Translations under genes and position numbers: made by a program
Notes under the pieces: generated by a model
The model's database searches: none
What the model saw: only the letters and a program-made list of their open reading frames with translations
Told to the model about the DNA's origin: nothing
Shown here: piece by piece, positions 1 through 10,636 of the stretch
Numbering within the stretch: position 1 is the stretch's first letter
Layout of the letters: every line of letters starts with the position of its first letter
Source: Christensenella sp. UBA4626
GTDB lineage: Bacteria > Bacillota > Clostridia > Christensenellales > UBA1242
Length of the DNA: 57,051 nt
Assembly: GCA_002406115.1 (NCBI GenBank)
Contig: DHNC01000035.1
Span: 89,349-146,399, forward strand
Reading direction: 5' to 3'

Positions 1-79
1 TATATAATTACGCTTTTTTATTGTTTAGGTTTTTGACAAATCACTAGACTTTGTGCTTTTGTTGTTATATTATATAGTT

Positions 80-730
80 ATGATAAACACAAAAGAGATT
101 TTTGATTACGACAAGCAATTTTTGTCGGCGGATGTTAAATATATTGCAGGCATTGACGAAGTGGGCAGAGGTCCGCTGGCGGGTCCGGTTGTGACGGCTT
201 GCGTGGTTATGCCTTATGATGATATGATTGATGGCGTTTTTGACAGCAAAAAAGTGTCGGCAAAAAATCGTGCCAGATTATACAATGAAATTTTAAACAA
301 GGCTATTTCTGTTTCTGTCAGTTTGGCAGATAATATTCGCATTGATGCCATAAATATTTTAAATGCAACAAAGGAATGCATGGCGGACTGTTTTGCTCAC
401 AGCAAAGTTAAGCCCGATTTGTTGCTTGTAGATGCGGTCAAACTGAATATTTGTCAAAATGAAAAGGCGATAATAAAAGGGGACGCAACAAGTTACGCAA
501 TAGCCTGTGCCAGCATCATTGCAAAGGTTTATAGGGACAAATTGATGTGCGAATACGCAAAAACTTATCCAAATTACGACTTTGAGCACAATGTAGGGTA
601 TGGCACCAAAAAGCATATTGAGGCAATAAAACAAAACGGCATAACACCGATACACCGATTGAGTTTTTTGGGCAATATCATAGGAGAAAAGGAATGCAAA
701 CGAATACATATGGAAAGGTTGGCGAAATAA
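80..730 (+). CDS. rnhB: Ribonuclease HII
   Basis: ORF 53..730; GIDEVGRGPLAGPVV metal-binding motif and colinear RNase HII-like sequence; ATG at 80 (MINTKE..) preferred over the GTG at 53. Confidence 0.9.
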   Translation: MINTKEIFDYDKQFLSADVKYIAGIDEVGRGPLAGPVVTACVVMPYDDMIDGVFDSKKVSAKNRARLYNEILNKAISVSVSLADNIRIDAINILNATKECMADCFAHSKVKPDLLLVDAVKLNICQNEKAIIKGDATSYAIACASIIAKVYRDKLMCEYAKTYPNYDFEHNVGYGTKKHIEAIKQNGITPIHRLSFLGNIIGEKECKRIHMERLAK

Positions 731-1044
731 TTGCAACCAATTATTTAAAGCAAAAAGGCTATAAAATCATCGCCAACAACTACAAGAACAAAATCGGAGA
801 AATTGACATAATTGCAAAGGATAAGGATTTTTTGGTTTTTGTTGAGGTTAAAACTCGTATGTCACGTGCGTTTGGTGACCCTGCCGAAGCGGTAAATCTA
901 CAAAAGCAATATAAAATCCGTCAGGTTGCCACCTTGTATTTAAAACAACACCGAATGCTGGAGGCAAATTGCCGATTTGATGTCATTTCAATAGTCGGTC
1001 AACTGGAAAATCACAAAATCAGGCACATTCCAAATGCCTTTTAA
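694..1044 (+). CDS. yraN: YraN-family (UPF0102) endonuclease-like protein
   Basis: 116 aa; GEIDIIAKD..LVFVEVKTR core typical of YraN; AGGAG RBS at 680-684; classic rnhB-yraN adjacency with 37-nt overlap. Confidence 0.85.
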   Translation: MQTNTYGKVGEIIATNYLKQKGYKIIANNYKNKIGEIDIIAKDKDFLVFVEVKTRMSRAFGDPAEAVNLQKQYKIRQVATLYLKQHRMLEANCRFDVISIVGQLENHKIRHIPNAF

Positions 1045-1098
1045 TGGTTGACAATTTTATTAAATAATCCTATTATAAAAATAAATAAGAGGTAAATT

Positions 1099-1584
1099 AT
1101 GTTGTTTAGTTGCAAAACAAAACTATCTGAAAAGGCCGTTGCTGAAATGCTTAAACCAGCAATAAAATTAGCCATATTCAGTATCGTAGTTGGGGTTTTG
1201 GGGCTTATTGTTGTTATTTTGGGATATTTCCTTCGCCATGAATTGGAAAAAATACTTTTGTTTTTATGCATATTTTTATTGCTCTTTGGAATAATGTATT
1301 TTGCTATAATTGTAAAACTTAAAAAAGATAATAAAAAACGTATGGACGATGAGGGAATATACGAATTTTATGAAGATTATCTTGTTATAAAATCATACAA
1401 AAATGGTGAGCAAACTGGCATTACAAAATTGTATTATCGTGATGTTGATAAGGTTAAAGAAACAAAAAGCGTTGTTTTCATTTATCCAAACAAATCGTTG
1501 GCATATCCTATTATGAAAGACAACTTGGGGCAGGAAAATCTTGCAAATTTAAGGAAAATCTTTAAATTGCCAGCAAAAAATTAG
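1099..1584 (+). CDS. Hypothetical membrane protein (two predicted TM helices plus soluble C-terminal domain)
   Basis: 161-aa ORF with RBS aagaggtaaattATG; hydrophobic segments AIFSIVVGVLGLIVVILGYF and LLFLCIFLLLFGIMYFAIIV; no family recognised by eye. Confidence 0.6.
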   Translation: MLFSCKTKLSEKAVAEMLKPAIKLAIFSIVVGVLGLIVVILGYFLRHELEKILLFLCIFLLLFGIMYFAIIVKLKKDNKKRMDDEGIYEFYEDYLVIKSYKNGEQTGITKLYYRDVDKVKETKSVVFIYPNKSLAYPIMKDNLGQENLANLRKIFKLPAKN

Positions 1585-1630
1585 TTAGATAACAAAAAAT
1601 TAAATATTTTGACAAATTTGCAAAAAACAC

Positions 1631-1659
1631 TTGCAAGTTTGTTTTTTTTGTGGTATTAT
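1631..1659 (+). promoter_or_regulatory. Sigma-A-type promoter for rplS (TTGCAA-17 nt-TATTAT with TGn extended -10)
   Basis: -35 TTGCAA 1631-1636, 17-nt spacer, TG at 1651-1652, -10 TATTAT 1654-1659. Confidence 0.7.
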
Positions 1660-1665
1660 GTAAAA

Positions 1666-1720
1666 GTTGTTGACGGTCCGCTACCGACCAAGGCAAGAAC
1701 GTCAAATTTAGGAGGTAACT
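1666..1720 (+). promoter_or_regulatory. Putative ribosomal protein L19 (rplS) leader
   Basis: ~55-nt leader between predicted TSS and ATG; hairpin TTGACG(1670-1675)/CGTCAA(1700-1705) enclosing GGTC..GACC, directly abutting the AGGAGG RBS; an L19 leader is known upstream of rplS in low-GC Gram-positives. Confidence 0.45.
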
Positions 1721-2065
1721 ATGAACATTATCGACCAAATCGAGAAAGAGCAATTGCGCAATGACATCACTCCTTTCAATATTGGTGACACCGTACGTGT
1801 AAACGTTAAGGTCAAAGAGGGTGACAAGGAACGTATCCAAGCATACGAAGGCGTTGTAATTGCAAGAAAAGGTGCTGGCGTTCGTGAAACATTCACAGTT
1901 CGTCGTGTATCATTCGGCATCGGTGTTGAAAGAACTTTCCCACTTCACAGTCCACGTATTGACAAAATCGTGGTTACAAGAAAGGCAAAAGTTCGCCGTG
2001 CTAAAATCTATTATATTAGAGATCTTTCAGGTAAAGCCGCAAAAGTTAAAGAAGACAAGAGATAA
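1721..2065 (+). CDS. rplS: 50S ribosomal protein L19
   Basis: 114 aa; [44 protein letters not shown] is canonical L19; AGGAGG RBS. Confidence 0.97.
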   Translation: MNIIDQIEKEQLRNDITPFNIGDTVRVNVKVKEGDKERIQAYEGVVIARKGAGVRETFTVRRVSFGIGVERTFPLHSPRIDKIVVTRKAKVRRAKIYYIRDLSGKAAKVKEDKR

Positions 2066-2081
2066 TTTGTCTTCTTTTTTT
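2051..2081 (+). terminator. Intrinsic terminator after rplS
   Basis: GAAGACAA(2051-2058)/TTGTCTTC(2067-2074) stem, 8-nt loop, T-run 2075-2081; overlaps the rplS stop codon. Confidence 0.75.
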
Positions 2082-2180
2082 GCACTCTTTTTACTCTCTT
2101 TTATGGCAAAAATGCTCAAACCGACTTATATAATAGATTGATTGCTCTAAAAAAATTTGTTCAAAAAAAAAGGAAATTTT

Positions 2181-2678
2181 ATGGATTTAAAAATTGCTAT
2201 CAAAGACCAAAGATTTAAAGTGAGGGTGGCGGGAATGATTGTTCACGACAACAAATTGCTTGTTTGCAAAATTATGAACGACCATTTCTATTGCTTGCCA
2301 GGTGGGCATTGCCACATGTTTGAAACCAGTCACCAAGCCATGGTTAGAGAAATTAAAGAAGAAACTGGCTTGGATGTCAAAGTTGAAGAACTATCCGCAT
2401 TTATCGAAAACTTATTCACCTCCGAAAACAACGAAAAATTCCACGAACTTTGCTATATTTACCGCTTGTCACCAATATCTTTACCAGCGGACAAAGCAAA
2501 GGACTGGCACGTTGTTGAATTTGACGATGGCATTTATAAAGACCTCGACTTTAAATGGATTGATATAGACAAACTAAACGAATACGACATTCGCCCGGTT
2601 GCAATCAAACAAATCATCAACAAAAAAGGCATCAACCATATCCAAATGATTGATGATCAAGTTGAATTTTTGAACTAA
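2181..2678 (+). CDS. NUDIX hydrolase
   Basis: Nudix box GGHCHMFETSHQAMVREIKEETGL (GX5EX7REUXEEXGU); ATG 2181 with AAGGA RBS preferred over TTG 2157. Confidence 0.85.
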   Translation: MDLKIAIKDQRFKVRVAGMIVHDNKLLVCKIMNDHFYCLPGGHCHMFETSHQAMVREIKEETGLDVKVEELSAFIENLFTSENNEKFHELCYIYRLSPISLPADKAKDWHVVEFDDGIYKDLDFKWIDIDKLNEYDIRPVAIKQIINKKGINHIQMIDDQVEFLN

Positions 2679-2770
2679 ATTATTGATTATTGTACAAATT
2701 AAAACATTTGTTCGACTTTTCAATTGACAAATCTTGGAAAATAATGTTATATTTGACTTTATAGAGGTGA

Positions 2771-4306
2771 ATGATGCTTGCAAAAATTTTGTCTTTTGGA
2801 TTGTCTGGGATAAATGGATACCCAGTTGATATTGAGTTGGATATAAACGCAGGGCTTCCGGGATACGACGTGGTTGGCTTGGCAGACACGGCGATAAAGG
2901 AAAGCAAAGAAAGGGTTAAATCCGCAATAAAAAACAGTACATATAATTATCCGATAAACAAGGTGATAATCAATCTTGCCCCAGCTGACACAAAAAAAGA
3001 GGGCAGTATGTACGATTTGCCGATAGCGTTGGCTATGCTGATAGCACAAGAGATTTTGCCACAAAAATCGGTTAAGGATTATGTTGTTTTGGGCGAACTC
3101 AGTTTGAATGGTGAAATCCGCAAACTCAACGGCATTTTGCCAATGCTTATCAGTGCAAAACAAATGGGATACAGCAAGTTTATCATCCCAGAGGACAACG
3201 CAATGGAAGCCTCGTTTATAGACCAAATTCAAGTTTATGCAGTTAAAACACTTAAACAAACAGTTGACTTTTTAAAAGGTGAACTTGTTTTGCAGCCAAC
3301 CGAAAGCAAAACATTTGAAAGTGCATTGAAAGACCATCATTTTTCACATGATTTTGCCTACGTAAAAGGGCAAGCCAGTGCTAAGCGTGCAATGGAGATT
3401 GCTGCCGCCGGCGGTCACAATATTTTGCTTATTGGGCCTCCGGGTGCTGGCAAAACTATGCTTGCAAAATGCTTCCCATCAATCTTGCCGGATTTGACAT
3501 TTGACGAAAGTTTGGAAGTTACCAAAATTCACAGCGTGGCAGGCGTTTTGGATGCTCGCAAAGGTATTGTGGTTGAGCGTCCTTTCCGCAGCCCACACCA
3601 CACAGCAACCTTGATTGCCTTGACGGGTGGCGGTCAAAAAGCCAAGCCGGGTGAAATCAGTTTGGCACACAATGGAGTGTTGTTTTTGGATGAAATGCCA
3701 GAATATAATCGCAACACGATTGAAACGCTTCGCCAACCAATGGAAGACGGATATATAACTGTTGCAAGGAATGCGCTCACAGTGCAATATCCGGCCAATT
3801 TTACGCTTGTTGCAAGCATGAACCCATGTCCATGTGGCTATTACGGCAGCACAACGCACGAATGTAAGTGCAGCCCTGCAACAATACATAAATACCTTTC
3901 AAAAATTAGCGGACCTTTGCTTGACCGCATAGATTTGCATATTGAGGTTGATAGCGTTAATTATGAAGACCTTACAACCGCAAAACTTGAAGAACCAAGC
4001 AGTGAAATCAAAAAACGTGTAAACAAAGCAAGGCAAATCCAGTTGGATAGGTTTAAAGATAGCAAAATTTATTCCAACAGCAAGATGAACGAAAAGGAAT
4101 TTAAAAAATATTGTGCTTTAAACAAAGAATGCGCTGAGTTGCTTGAACATGCTTTCACCAAACTTAATTTATCCGCACGTGCGTACAATAGGATTTTGAA
4201 AGTTGCCCGCACAATTGCCGACCTTGAAGGCAAAGAAAATATCGAAAAGGCACATATTTTGGAGGCGATTCAATATCGCTCTCTTGACAAAAAATATACG
4301 GTTTAA
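2771..4306 (+). CDS. comM: YifB/ComM family Mg-chelatase-like AAA+ ATPase
   Basis: 511 aa; Lon-like N-domain, Walker A GPPGAGKTMLAK, FLDEMPE Walker B, C-terminal Mg-chelatase-like region; upstream of dprA. Confidence 0.9.
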   Translation: MMLAKILSFGLSGINGYPVDIELDINAGLPGYDVVGLADTAIKESKERVKSAIKNSTYNYPINKVIINLAPADTKKEGSMYDLPIALAMLIAQEILPQKSVKDYVVLGELSLNGEIRKLNGILPMLISAKQMGYSKFIIPEDNAMEASFIDQIQVYAVKTLKQTVDFLKGELVLQPTESKTFESALKDHHFSHDFAYVKGQASAKRAMEIAAAGGHNILLIGPPGAGKTMLAKCFPSILPDLTFDESLEVTKIHSVAGVLDARKGIVVERPFRSPHHTATLIALTGGGQKAKPGEISLAHNGVLFLDEMPEYNRNTIETLRQPMEDGYITVARNALTVQYPANFTLVASMNPCPCGYYGSTTHECKCSPATIHKYLSKISGPLLDRIDLHIEVDSVNYEDLTTAKLEEPSSEIKKRVNKARQIQLDRFKDSKIYSNSKMNEKEFKKYCALNKECAELLEHAFTKLNLSARAYNRILKVARTIADLEGKENIEKAHILEAIQYRSLDKKYTV

Positions 4307-5388
4307 TGATGACAATTGACGAAAAAAATATATTATGGTTGGACTTGTTTCCAGCGTTAAGTTATTCAAAAAAAAGGCGTTTGCTTGATACCTTGCCAAA
4401 AGGCGTAGATATCAAGGCTTCTTTTTTGCAAAATGAGGAGATAAAACATATTCTTTCAGATGAAGAATATTTAAAAATGAGCAAAAACCTCGATGAGCAG
4501 GCTTTTAACGAAACGATAGATAGTTTTGCCATGGAAGGCATCCAATTTGTAACTATCTACAACGAAAATTATCCTCATCAGTTAAAAAACATCGCCACGC
4601 CGCCGTTATGCTTATATTGCAAAGGCAATTTGCAGTTATTGCATAGCAATTGCATATCCATTGTCGGCAGTCGTAAACCAACAGATTATGGCATGGTGGT
4701 GACGAAGGAATACGCAAAACAATTTTCCATGTCTGGGCTGACAATTGTTTCTGGCATGGCAGTTGGGGTGGACACTTTGGCACACAAAACCGCTTTGGAA
4801 AACGACGGGGCAACTATCGCCGTGTTGGCGGGCGGTTTTCACCATATTTATCCAACCACAAATATGGGATTGTTTAGGCAACTTACTGAAAACAATTTGG
4901 TTATCACCGAAGCAAGCCCAAACACTCAACCTTTGGCATATCTTTTTCCTATTCGCAACCGCATAATTGCCGGCTTGGGCATGGCAACTTTGGTAACCGA
5001 AGCCGCCGAAAAAAGTGGTTCACTTTCCAGTTGTAATTATGCCAGCGAGTTCGGACGCAAAGTTTTTGCTGTCCCAGGCAAAATCAACGCACCATATTCA
5101 AAAGGTTGCAATATGCTCATTCAAAAAGGTGAGGCAATAATAACACTGTCCGCAGAGGACATTTTGCAAAATCTTGGCGTGGATATTCAAAAGCAAAAAA
5201 ACCCTGCCATTCAACTTGACATTAAACAGCAAATTGTTATAGATTATATCAAGTTTGAAAAAAAGACTTTTCAAGAAATTGCCGATTTTACACACATCCC
5301 AGCAAGCGAGTTAAATTCAATTTTGTTGGAAATGGAACTTGACGGTTTGGTGTATAAACTGGCAAACAACAGTTATATAATGGCATAG
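4306..5388 (+). CDS. dprA: DNA-processing protein DprA (Smf)
   Basis: 360 aa; IVGSRKPTDYG..SGMAVGVDTLAHK Rossmann-like DprA core; TAATG overlap with comM; dprA-topA synteny. Confidence 0.9.
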   Translation: MMTIDEKNILWLDLFPALSYSKKRRLLDTLPKGVDIKASFLQNEEIKHILSDEEYLKMSKNLDEQAFNETIDSFAMEGIQFVTIYNENYPHQLKNIATPPLCLYCKGNLQLLHSNCISIVGSRKPTDYGMVVTKEYAKQFSMSGLTIVSGMAVGVDTLAHKTALENDGATIAVLAGGFHHIYPTTNMGLFRQLTENNLVITEASPNTQPLAYLFPIRNRIIAGLGMATLVTEAAEKSGSLSSCNYASEFGRKVFAVPGKINAPYSKGCNMLIQKGEAIITLSAEDILQNLGVDIQKQKNPAIQLDIKQQIVIDYIKFEKKTFQEIADFTHIPASELNSILLEMELDGLVYKLANNSYIMA

Positions 5389-5396
5389 GAGATTTG

Positions 5397-7472
5397 ATGA
5401 AGTTAGTACTTATAGAAGGTCCAGGTAAACGAGAAAGTATAAAAAAATATCTTGGTGACGAATATGTTGTGTTTCCAACAAAAGGTCATGTGAGAGATTT
5501 GCCTGCAAAAAGTTTTGCCATAGACCTTGAACATAATTATGAACCAACATACGAGATAATTCCAGAAAAAAAGGCTTTGGTGGCGGAACTTAAAAGGCTT
5601 GCAGCCAAGGCTGATGCAGTTTATCTTGCAACCGACCCGGATAGAGAGGGAGAAGCAATCGCATGGCACCTTGCAACAATCTTGGGGCTGGATAGGGACG
5701 CAATGGTTCGTACCGCATTTAACGAAATCAGCAAAAAAGTGGTAAACGAAAGCATCGCAAATCCAAAACCACTTAACTACGATTTGGTTAATGCCCAACA
5801 AGGACGTCGAGTTCTTGACCGCATAATGGGTTATCAATTAAGCCCACTTTTAAGCAGAAAAATTCGTGGCAAATTGTCAGCCGGTAGGGTGCAATCTGTC
5901 ACACTTAAATTGATTGTTGACCGTGAAAAGGCAATACAAAATTTTGTGCCAGTTGAATACTGGAATATTTTTGCCAACCTAAAAAAAGGCGAGCAAACTT
6001 TTAGGTCAGAATTGATACAATATAAAGACAAAAAGATTGAAGTGCCAAATAAAGAAGCGGCAGATAAAATTTTGTCAGAAACAGAAAATGCGGATTTTGT
6101 TGTAAAATCTGTTGACCGCAAAGTCACTTACAGCAAGCCGTTGCCACCATACACAACCAGTACATTGCAACAAGACGCCATCAAAAAATTGAAGATGACA
6201 TCTGGTAGTTACACCAAGTGTGCTCAATCTTTGTATGAAGGTGTTGTGATTGCTGGCGAGGGTAAAACTGCGCTTGTAACATATATCCGTACCGACTCCA
6301 CTCGTGTTAGTTTGGACGCTCAATTTGCAGCAAAGGACTATATTTTAAACAATTATGGCGAGAAATATCATCCGGGCAAATTTAACGAATTTGCTTCAAA
6401 AAACAACGTCCAAGATGCACACGAAGCAATCCGTCCAATCAATTTGAAATACACTCCTGAATATTTAAAAGGCAAAATTGAAGACCAATATTTAAAGTTA
6501 TACACTTTGGTTTTCAAGCGCTTTATTGCCAGCCAAATGAGTTTTGCTCAATATGACAGTTTGACCGTTGACGTAACCGCCAATGACTACAAATTCCGTT
6601 CATCTGGCAAAGCATTGATTTTTGACGGCTACACAAAAGTTTATAAAGTGCAAGACGAAGACAAAAACGGCATAAATATCCCAGATTTAACCGAGGGCGA
6701 AAAGGTTGAAAAAGAAAGCATGACAAGTGAACAAAAATTCACAAAGCCACCAGTTAGATTTGCGGAAGATACCATTATTAAAGAGATGGAAGTGCAAGGC
6801 ATCGGTCGTCCAGCGACATATGCTTCAACTATTTCCACCTTGTTTAACCGTGAATATATAAAAACAGAAAAGAAATATCTTGTTCCAACTGAGTTGGGCG
6901 TTAAAGTTACTGAATATTTGGAAGAATATTTTGCAAATGTGATGAATATCAAATTCACTGCGGAAATGGAAAAGCAACTCGACGATGTTGAACTTGGCAA
7001 GATAAAATGGCAATCAATCGTTGACGAATTTTACCAAGATTTCAAAAAACACATGGATTTTGCCAGCAAGCAAATGGGCGTAAATGTTGTAAAATCCGAA
7101 CCGGTTGCCAGTGATATTAAGTGCGACAAATGCGGCTCTGTTATGGTGTATCGAGATGGCAAATTTGGCAAGTTTTTGGCTTGTTCAAACTTCCCTCAAT
7201 GTAAAAACACAAAAAATATAAACGAACCAGAAATCAAAGTGGAAGAAACAGGCATTTGCCCAAAATGCGGTGGCGTTGTAAGCGCAAAATACAGCAAGCG
7301 TGGCAAACTTTTCTTTGGTTGCAACAACTATCCAAAATGTGACTACATCTCTTGGGATCTTCCTTTAAAAGAAAATTGCCCAAAATGTGGCAGCCAACTT
7401 ATAAAACGATTTGGCAAAAACAAAACCACAATTTTATGCTCGGGCAAGGGTTGCAATTATGTCAAAGATTAA
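5397..7472 (+). CDS. topA: DNA topoisomerase I
   Basis: TOPRIM (LVLIEGPGK, DPDREGE), active-site YIRTDS, three C-terminal Cys4 zinc ribbons; ATG 5397 with AGGAG RBS (track start TTG 5394). Confidence 0.97.
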   Translation: MKLVLIEGPGKRESIKKYLGDEYVVFPTKGHVRDLPAKSFAIDLEHNYEPTYEIIPEKKALVAELKRLAAKADAVYLATDPDREGEAIAWHLATILGLDRDAMVRTAFNEISKKVVNESIANPKPLNYDLVNAQQGRRVLDRIMGYQLSPLLSRKIRGKLSAGRVQSVTLKLIVDREKAIQNFVPVEYWNIFANLKKGEQTFRSELIQYKDKKIEVPNKEAADKILSETENADFVVKSVDRKVTYSKPLPPYTTSTLQQDAIKKLKMTSGSYTKCAQSLYEGVVIAGEGKTALVTYIRTDSTRVSLDAQFAAKDYILNNYGEKYHPGKFNEFASKNNVQDAHEAIRPINLKYTPEYLKGKIEDQYLKLYTLVFKRFIASQMSFAQYDSLTVDVTANDYKFRSSGKALIFDGYTKVYKVQDEDKNGINIPDLTEGEKVEKESMTSEQKFTKPPVRFAEDTIIKEMEVQGIGRPATYASTISTLFNREYIKTEKKYLVPTELGVKVTEYLEEYFANVMNIKFTAEMEKQLDDVELGKIKWQSIVDEFYQDFKKHMDFASKQMGVNVVKSEPVASDIKCDKCGSVMVYRDGKFGKFLACSNFPQCKNTKNINEPEIKVEETGICPKCGGVVSAKYSKRGKLFFGCNNYPKCDYISWDLPLKENCPKCGSQLIKRFGKNKTTILCSGKGCNYVKD

Positions 7473-8763
7473 CGTTATAGGCGCAGGTTTGGCAGGGTGC
7501 GAGGCGGCTTTATATTTGGCAAGCAAAGGGCATAAAGTCAACCTTTTTGACATAAAAATCAAGGCAAAAACGCCCGCACATCACAGCGATGATTTTGCTG
7601 AAATTGTTTGCAGCAATTCTTTCAAAAGCGATGACGAAAATTCTGCTTCCGGCTTGTTTAAACGTGAACTTTTGGGCTTGGGATGCACGCTTGTTTCGGC
7701 GGCATACAAGTTTAAGGTTCCCGCCGGTCAGGCACTTGCAGTGGATAGAGAGCAATATTCAAAATACATAACCGATTTAATAAAAAATAACAAAAATATA
7801 AGTGTGTTTTGTGAAGATGTCTCGACTTTTGAGCCTGACGCAATCACAATCGTTGCAACTGGCCCACTTACAACTCAAAATATGAGCCAAGCCTTGCAAC
7901 AAAAATTGGGGCAGCAATTCTTTTATTTTTACGATGCGGCAGCACCAATTTTGGAGGCTACCAGCATAGATTTAAACAAGGCATTTTTTGCTTCTCGCTA
8001 TGGCAAAGGGGATGCGGACTATTTAAATTGTCCGATGAACAAAGAACAATATTTAAATTTCTATCACGAACTTATCAAAGCGCAAAGGGTGGAACTGCAC
8101 GACTTTGAAAAGAACAACATTTTTGAAAGTTGTATGCCGATTGAAATCATGGCGGCACGTGGTGAGGATGCAATCCGATTTGGGCCATTAAAACCAGTTG
8201 GTTTTACAAACCCACATGACAATTCCAAACCATACGCCGTTGTTCAGTTGAGAAAAGAAAATAATTGTGCTACAATGTTCAACATGGTTGGTTTTCAAAC
8301 AAATTTAACCTTTCCAGAGCAAAAACGTGTATTTAGCCTAATCCCTGGGCTTGAAAATGCAACATTTTTGCGTTATGGTGTTATGCACACCAACCATTTT
8401 GTCAATTTTCCAGCCTGTTTGGACAAATTTTCCAGGCTCAAAGCCGATAGCAATATTTTCATCGCTGGTCAATTGAGCGGGGTTGAGGGTTATGTTGAAA
8501 GCATCGCAAGCGGACTTTATTGTGCAATAAACGTCGACCGTATGCTTAAAGGCAAGCAGTTGGTTGAGTTTTCTGCGGACACTGTGATTGGCGGAATGTA
8601 TAATTATTTGACCAATGCAAACGAAAAGCATTTTCAACCAATAAACGCAAATTATGGCGTCTTAAATCCTATCATGATGAGGGATAAAGCAGAGCGAAAC
8701 AAAATGTATCGTGAAAGGTCGATGAGGGAAATTGAAAGTATAGCAAAGCAATTGAATGACTAA
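7459..8763 (+). CDS. trmFO: Methylenetetrahydrofolate--tRNA-(uracil54-C5)-methyltransferase TrmFO (Gid)
   Basis: VIGAGLAGCEAA FAD fingerprint at the N-terminus; colinear TrmFO; ATG 7459 preferred, since the track start 7411 lies inside topA. Confidence 0.92.
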   Translation: MSKINVIGAGLAGCEAALYLASKGHKVNLFDIKIKAKTPAHHSDDFAEIVCSNSFKSDDENSASGLFKRELLGLGCTLVSAAYKFKVPAGQALAVDREQYSKYITDLIKNNKNISVFCEDVSTFEPDAITIVATGPLTTQNMSQALQQKLGQQFFYFYDAAAPILEATSIDLNKAFFASRYGKGDADYLNCPMNKEQYLNFYHELIKAQRVELHDFEKNNIFESCMPIEIMAARGEDAIRFGPLKPVGFTNPHDNSKPYAVVQLRKENNCATMFNMVGFQTNLTFPEQKRVFSLIPGLENATFLRYGVMHTNHFVNFPACLDKFSRLKADSNIFIAGQLSGVEGYVESIASGLYCAINVDRMLKGKQLVEFSADTVIGGMYNYLTNANEKHFQPINANYGVLNPIMMRDKAERNKMYRERSMREIESIAKQLND

Positions 8764-8784
8764 AATTGCATTAAAAGGAGAATT

Positions 8785-9318
8785 ATGGAACAATTTAGAG
8801 GTACAACTATTGTGGCAGTAAAGCGTGACGGCAAAACTGTCATCGCCGGTGATGGTCAAGTCACAATGGGGCAACAAGTTATATTCAAAAGCAGGGCACA
8901 CAAGGTTCGCCGTTTGTTTGACGGCAAAGTGGTTGTTGGCTTTGCGGGTGGCACAGCGGACGCCTTTGCAATGTGCGAAGAATTCGAAAAAATGCTTGGC
9001 AAATATAGCGGCAGTTTGATGCGTAGTGCAGTTGAATTTGCAAAAAATATCCGCAGTCAAGGTCACAACAATGCGGAAGCGCTTATGATTGTGGCAGATA
9101 AGGAAACTTTGCTTGTTTTGACAAGTATGGGCGACGTGATTGAGCCAGATGACGGCATTTGTGCTATCGGAAGCGGTGGCAATTATGCTTTGTCGGCAGC
9201 AAAAGCGTTGATAAAAAACACAGATTTGGATGCAAAGACAATCGCACTCAAAGCCATGGAAATCGCAAGCGACATTTGCGTGTTTACAAACAGCAATTAT
9301 GTTGTAGAAGAGGTGTAA
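8785..9318 (+). CDS. hslV: ATP-dependent protease subunit HslV (ClpQ)
   Basis: 177 aa; N-terminal [21 protein letters not shown] (Thr nucleophile after Met removal); AAGGAG RBS. Confidence 0.95.
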   Translation: MEQFRGTTIVAVKRDGKTVIAGDGQVTMGQQVIFKSRAHKVRRLFDGKVVVGFAGGTADAFAMCEEFEKMLGKYSGSLMRSAVEFAKNIRSQGHNNAEALMIVADKETLLVLTSMGDVIEPDDGICAIGSGGNYALSAAKALIKNTDLDAKTIALKAMEIASDICVFTNSNYVVEEV

Positions 9319-9319
9319 T

Positions 9320-10633
9320 ATGAACATTATGACTTGTAAAGAAATTGTATCAAATCTCGACAATTATATTATCGGACAAGCAAAGGCAAAACGTGCAGTT
9401 GCAATCTGTTTGCGCAACCGTTATCGCCGCAGCCAGTTGGATAAGTCAATTAGTGAAGAAATCACACCAAAAAATATCATTCTTAAAGGCCCAACAGGTG
9501 TGGGTAAGACAGAAATTGCTCGCAGACTTGCCAAACTTGTCAATGCGCCTTTTGTTAAGGTTGAAGCAACAAAATACACCGAAGTTGGCTATGTGGGCAG
9601 AGATGTTGAAAGCATGATACGTGATTTGGTTGGCGTTGCTGTCCGCATTGTTAGACAAGAACAAACCGACAAAATTAAGGATAAGGCAATTGCAGTTGTC
9701 GACAAAAAGATAACAGACATTTTGTATCCAATCAAAAAAAGCACAAAACCTGAAAATGTCGACACAGAAAATTTCCGTGCGGATTTTTACGCAAACTATA
9801 AAGCCGGCAAATATGACAAAGACACAATTGACATTGATGTTAAAGACGAACCTCAACAAATGAACCTTATGGACGGCATTGGGGCAGAAATCAACATCGG
9901 TCAAATTATGGGCGGCATCATCAAGGCGCCTCGCAAACTCAAAAAGATGACAGTAGAACGTGCTCGTGAACTTTTGTTGGACGAAGAGTGCGACAAACTT
10001 ATCGACCCAGACGCAGTAAATAAAGAGGCAATCTATCGTGCTGAGCAACAAGGCATCATCTTTATTGATGAAATTGACAAAATCGCAGCCAAGAAAAATA
10101 ATGGTCAAGATGTTTCACGTGAAGGTGTTCAACGTGATATTTTGCCGATTGTTGAAGGCAGTGTCGTAAACACAAAATATGGTGTAGTTCATACAGACCA
10201 TATCCTATTTATAGCGGCTGGTGCATTCCATATCGCAAGTGTTAGCGATTTGATACCTGAACTTCAAGGTCGTTTCCCAGTGATTGTTGAATTGGACAGT
10301 TTGACAAAGGACGACTTCAAAAAGATTTTAACAATCCCTCAAAACGCACTTATCAAACAGTATCAAGAATTGTTGCGTGTTGATAACGTTAATTTAACTT
10401 TCACCGATGATGCAATTGATGCGATTGCAGCCCTTGCCGCTGACGAAAACGAAACAAGCGAAAACATTGGGGCACGCCGTTTGCAAACAATTATGGAAAT
10501 GCTGCTTGAAGACATTTCTTTCAACGCAAGCGACAACAATCCAATGGTTGATGTAACAATCGACAAGCCATTTGTTTTGAATGCAATGAAAGATTTAATC
10601 CATACCCACGACTTCAAAAAGTATGTTTTGTAA
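9320..10633 (+). CDS. hslU: ATP-dependent protease ATPase subunit HslU (ClpY)
   Basis: 437 aa; Walker A GPTGVGKTEIARRLA, IIFIDEIDK Walker B, I-domain insertion; follows hslV. Confidence 0.95.
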   Translation: MNIMTCKEIVSNLDNYIIGQAKAKRAVAICLRNRYRRSQLDKSISEEITPKNIILKGPTGVGKTEIARRLAKLVNAPFVKVEATKYTEVGYVGRDVESMIRDLVGVAVRIVRQEQTDKIKDKAIAVVDKKITDILYPIKKSTKPENVDTENFRADFYANYKAGKYDKDTIDIDVKDEPQQMNLMDGIGAEINIGQIMGGIIKAPRKLKKMTVERARELLLDEECDKLIDPDAVNKEAIYRAEQQGIIFIDEIDKIAAKKNNGQDVSREGVQRDILPIVEGSVVNTKYGVVHTDHILFIAAGAFHIASVSDLIPELQGRFPVIVELDSLTKDDFKKILTIPQNALIKQYQELLRVDNVNLTFTDDAIDAIAALAADENETSENIGARRLQTIMEMLLEDISFNASDNNPMVDVTIDKPFVLNAMKDLIHTHDFKKYVL

Positions 10634-10636
10634 AAT

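Noticed and set aside
8662-10108. Long antisense ORFs (233 aa at 8662..9363 and 220 aa at 9446..10108 on the minus strand) opposite hslV/hslU. Similar ones lie opposite nusA (23343..23897), infB (26203..26850), efp (28709..29242), rpsB (15598..16107) and spoIIIAA (29728..30219).
   Set aside because: Each lies fully inside a highly conserved sense gene. They have Cys/Phe/Asn-rich junk composition and no RBS. Such stop-free antisense frames are a known by-product of codon bias.
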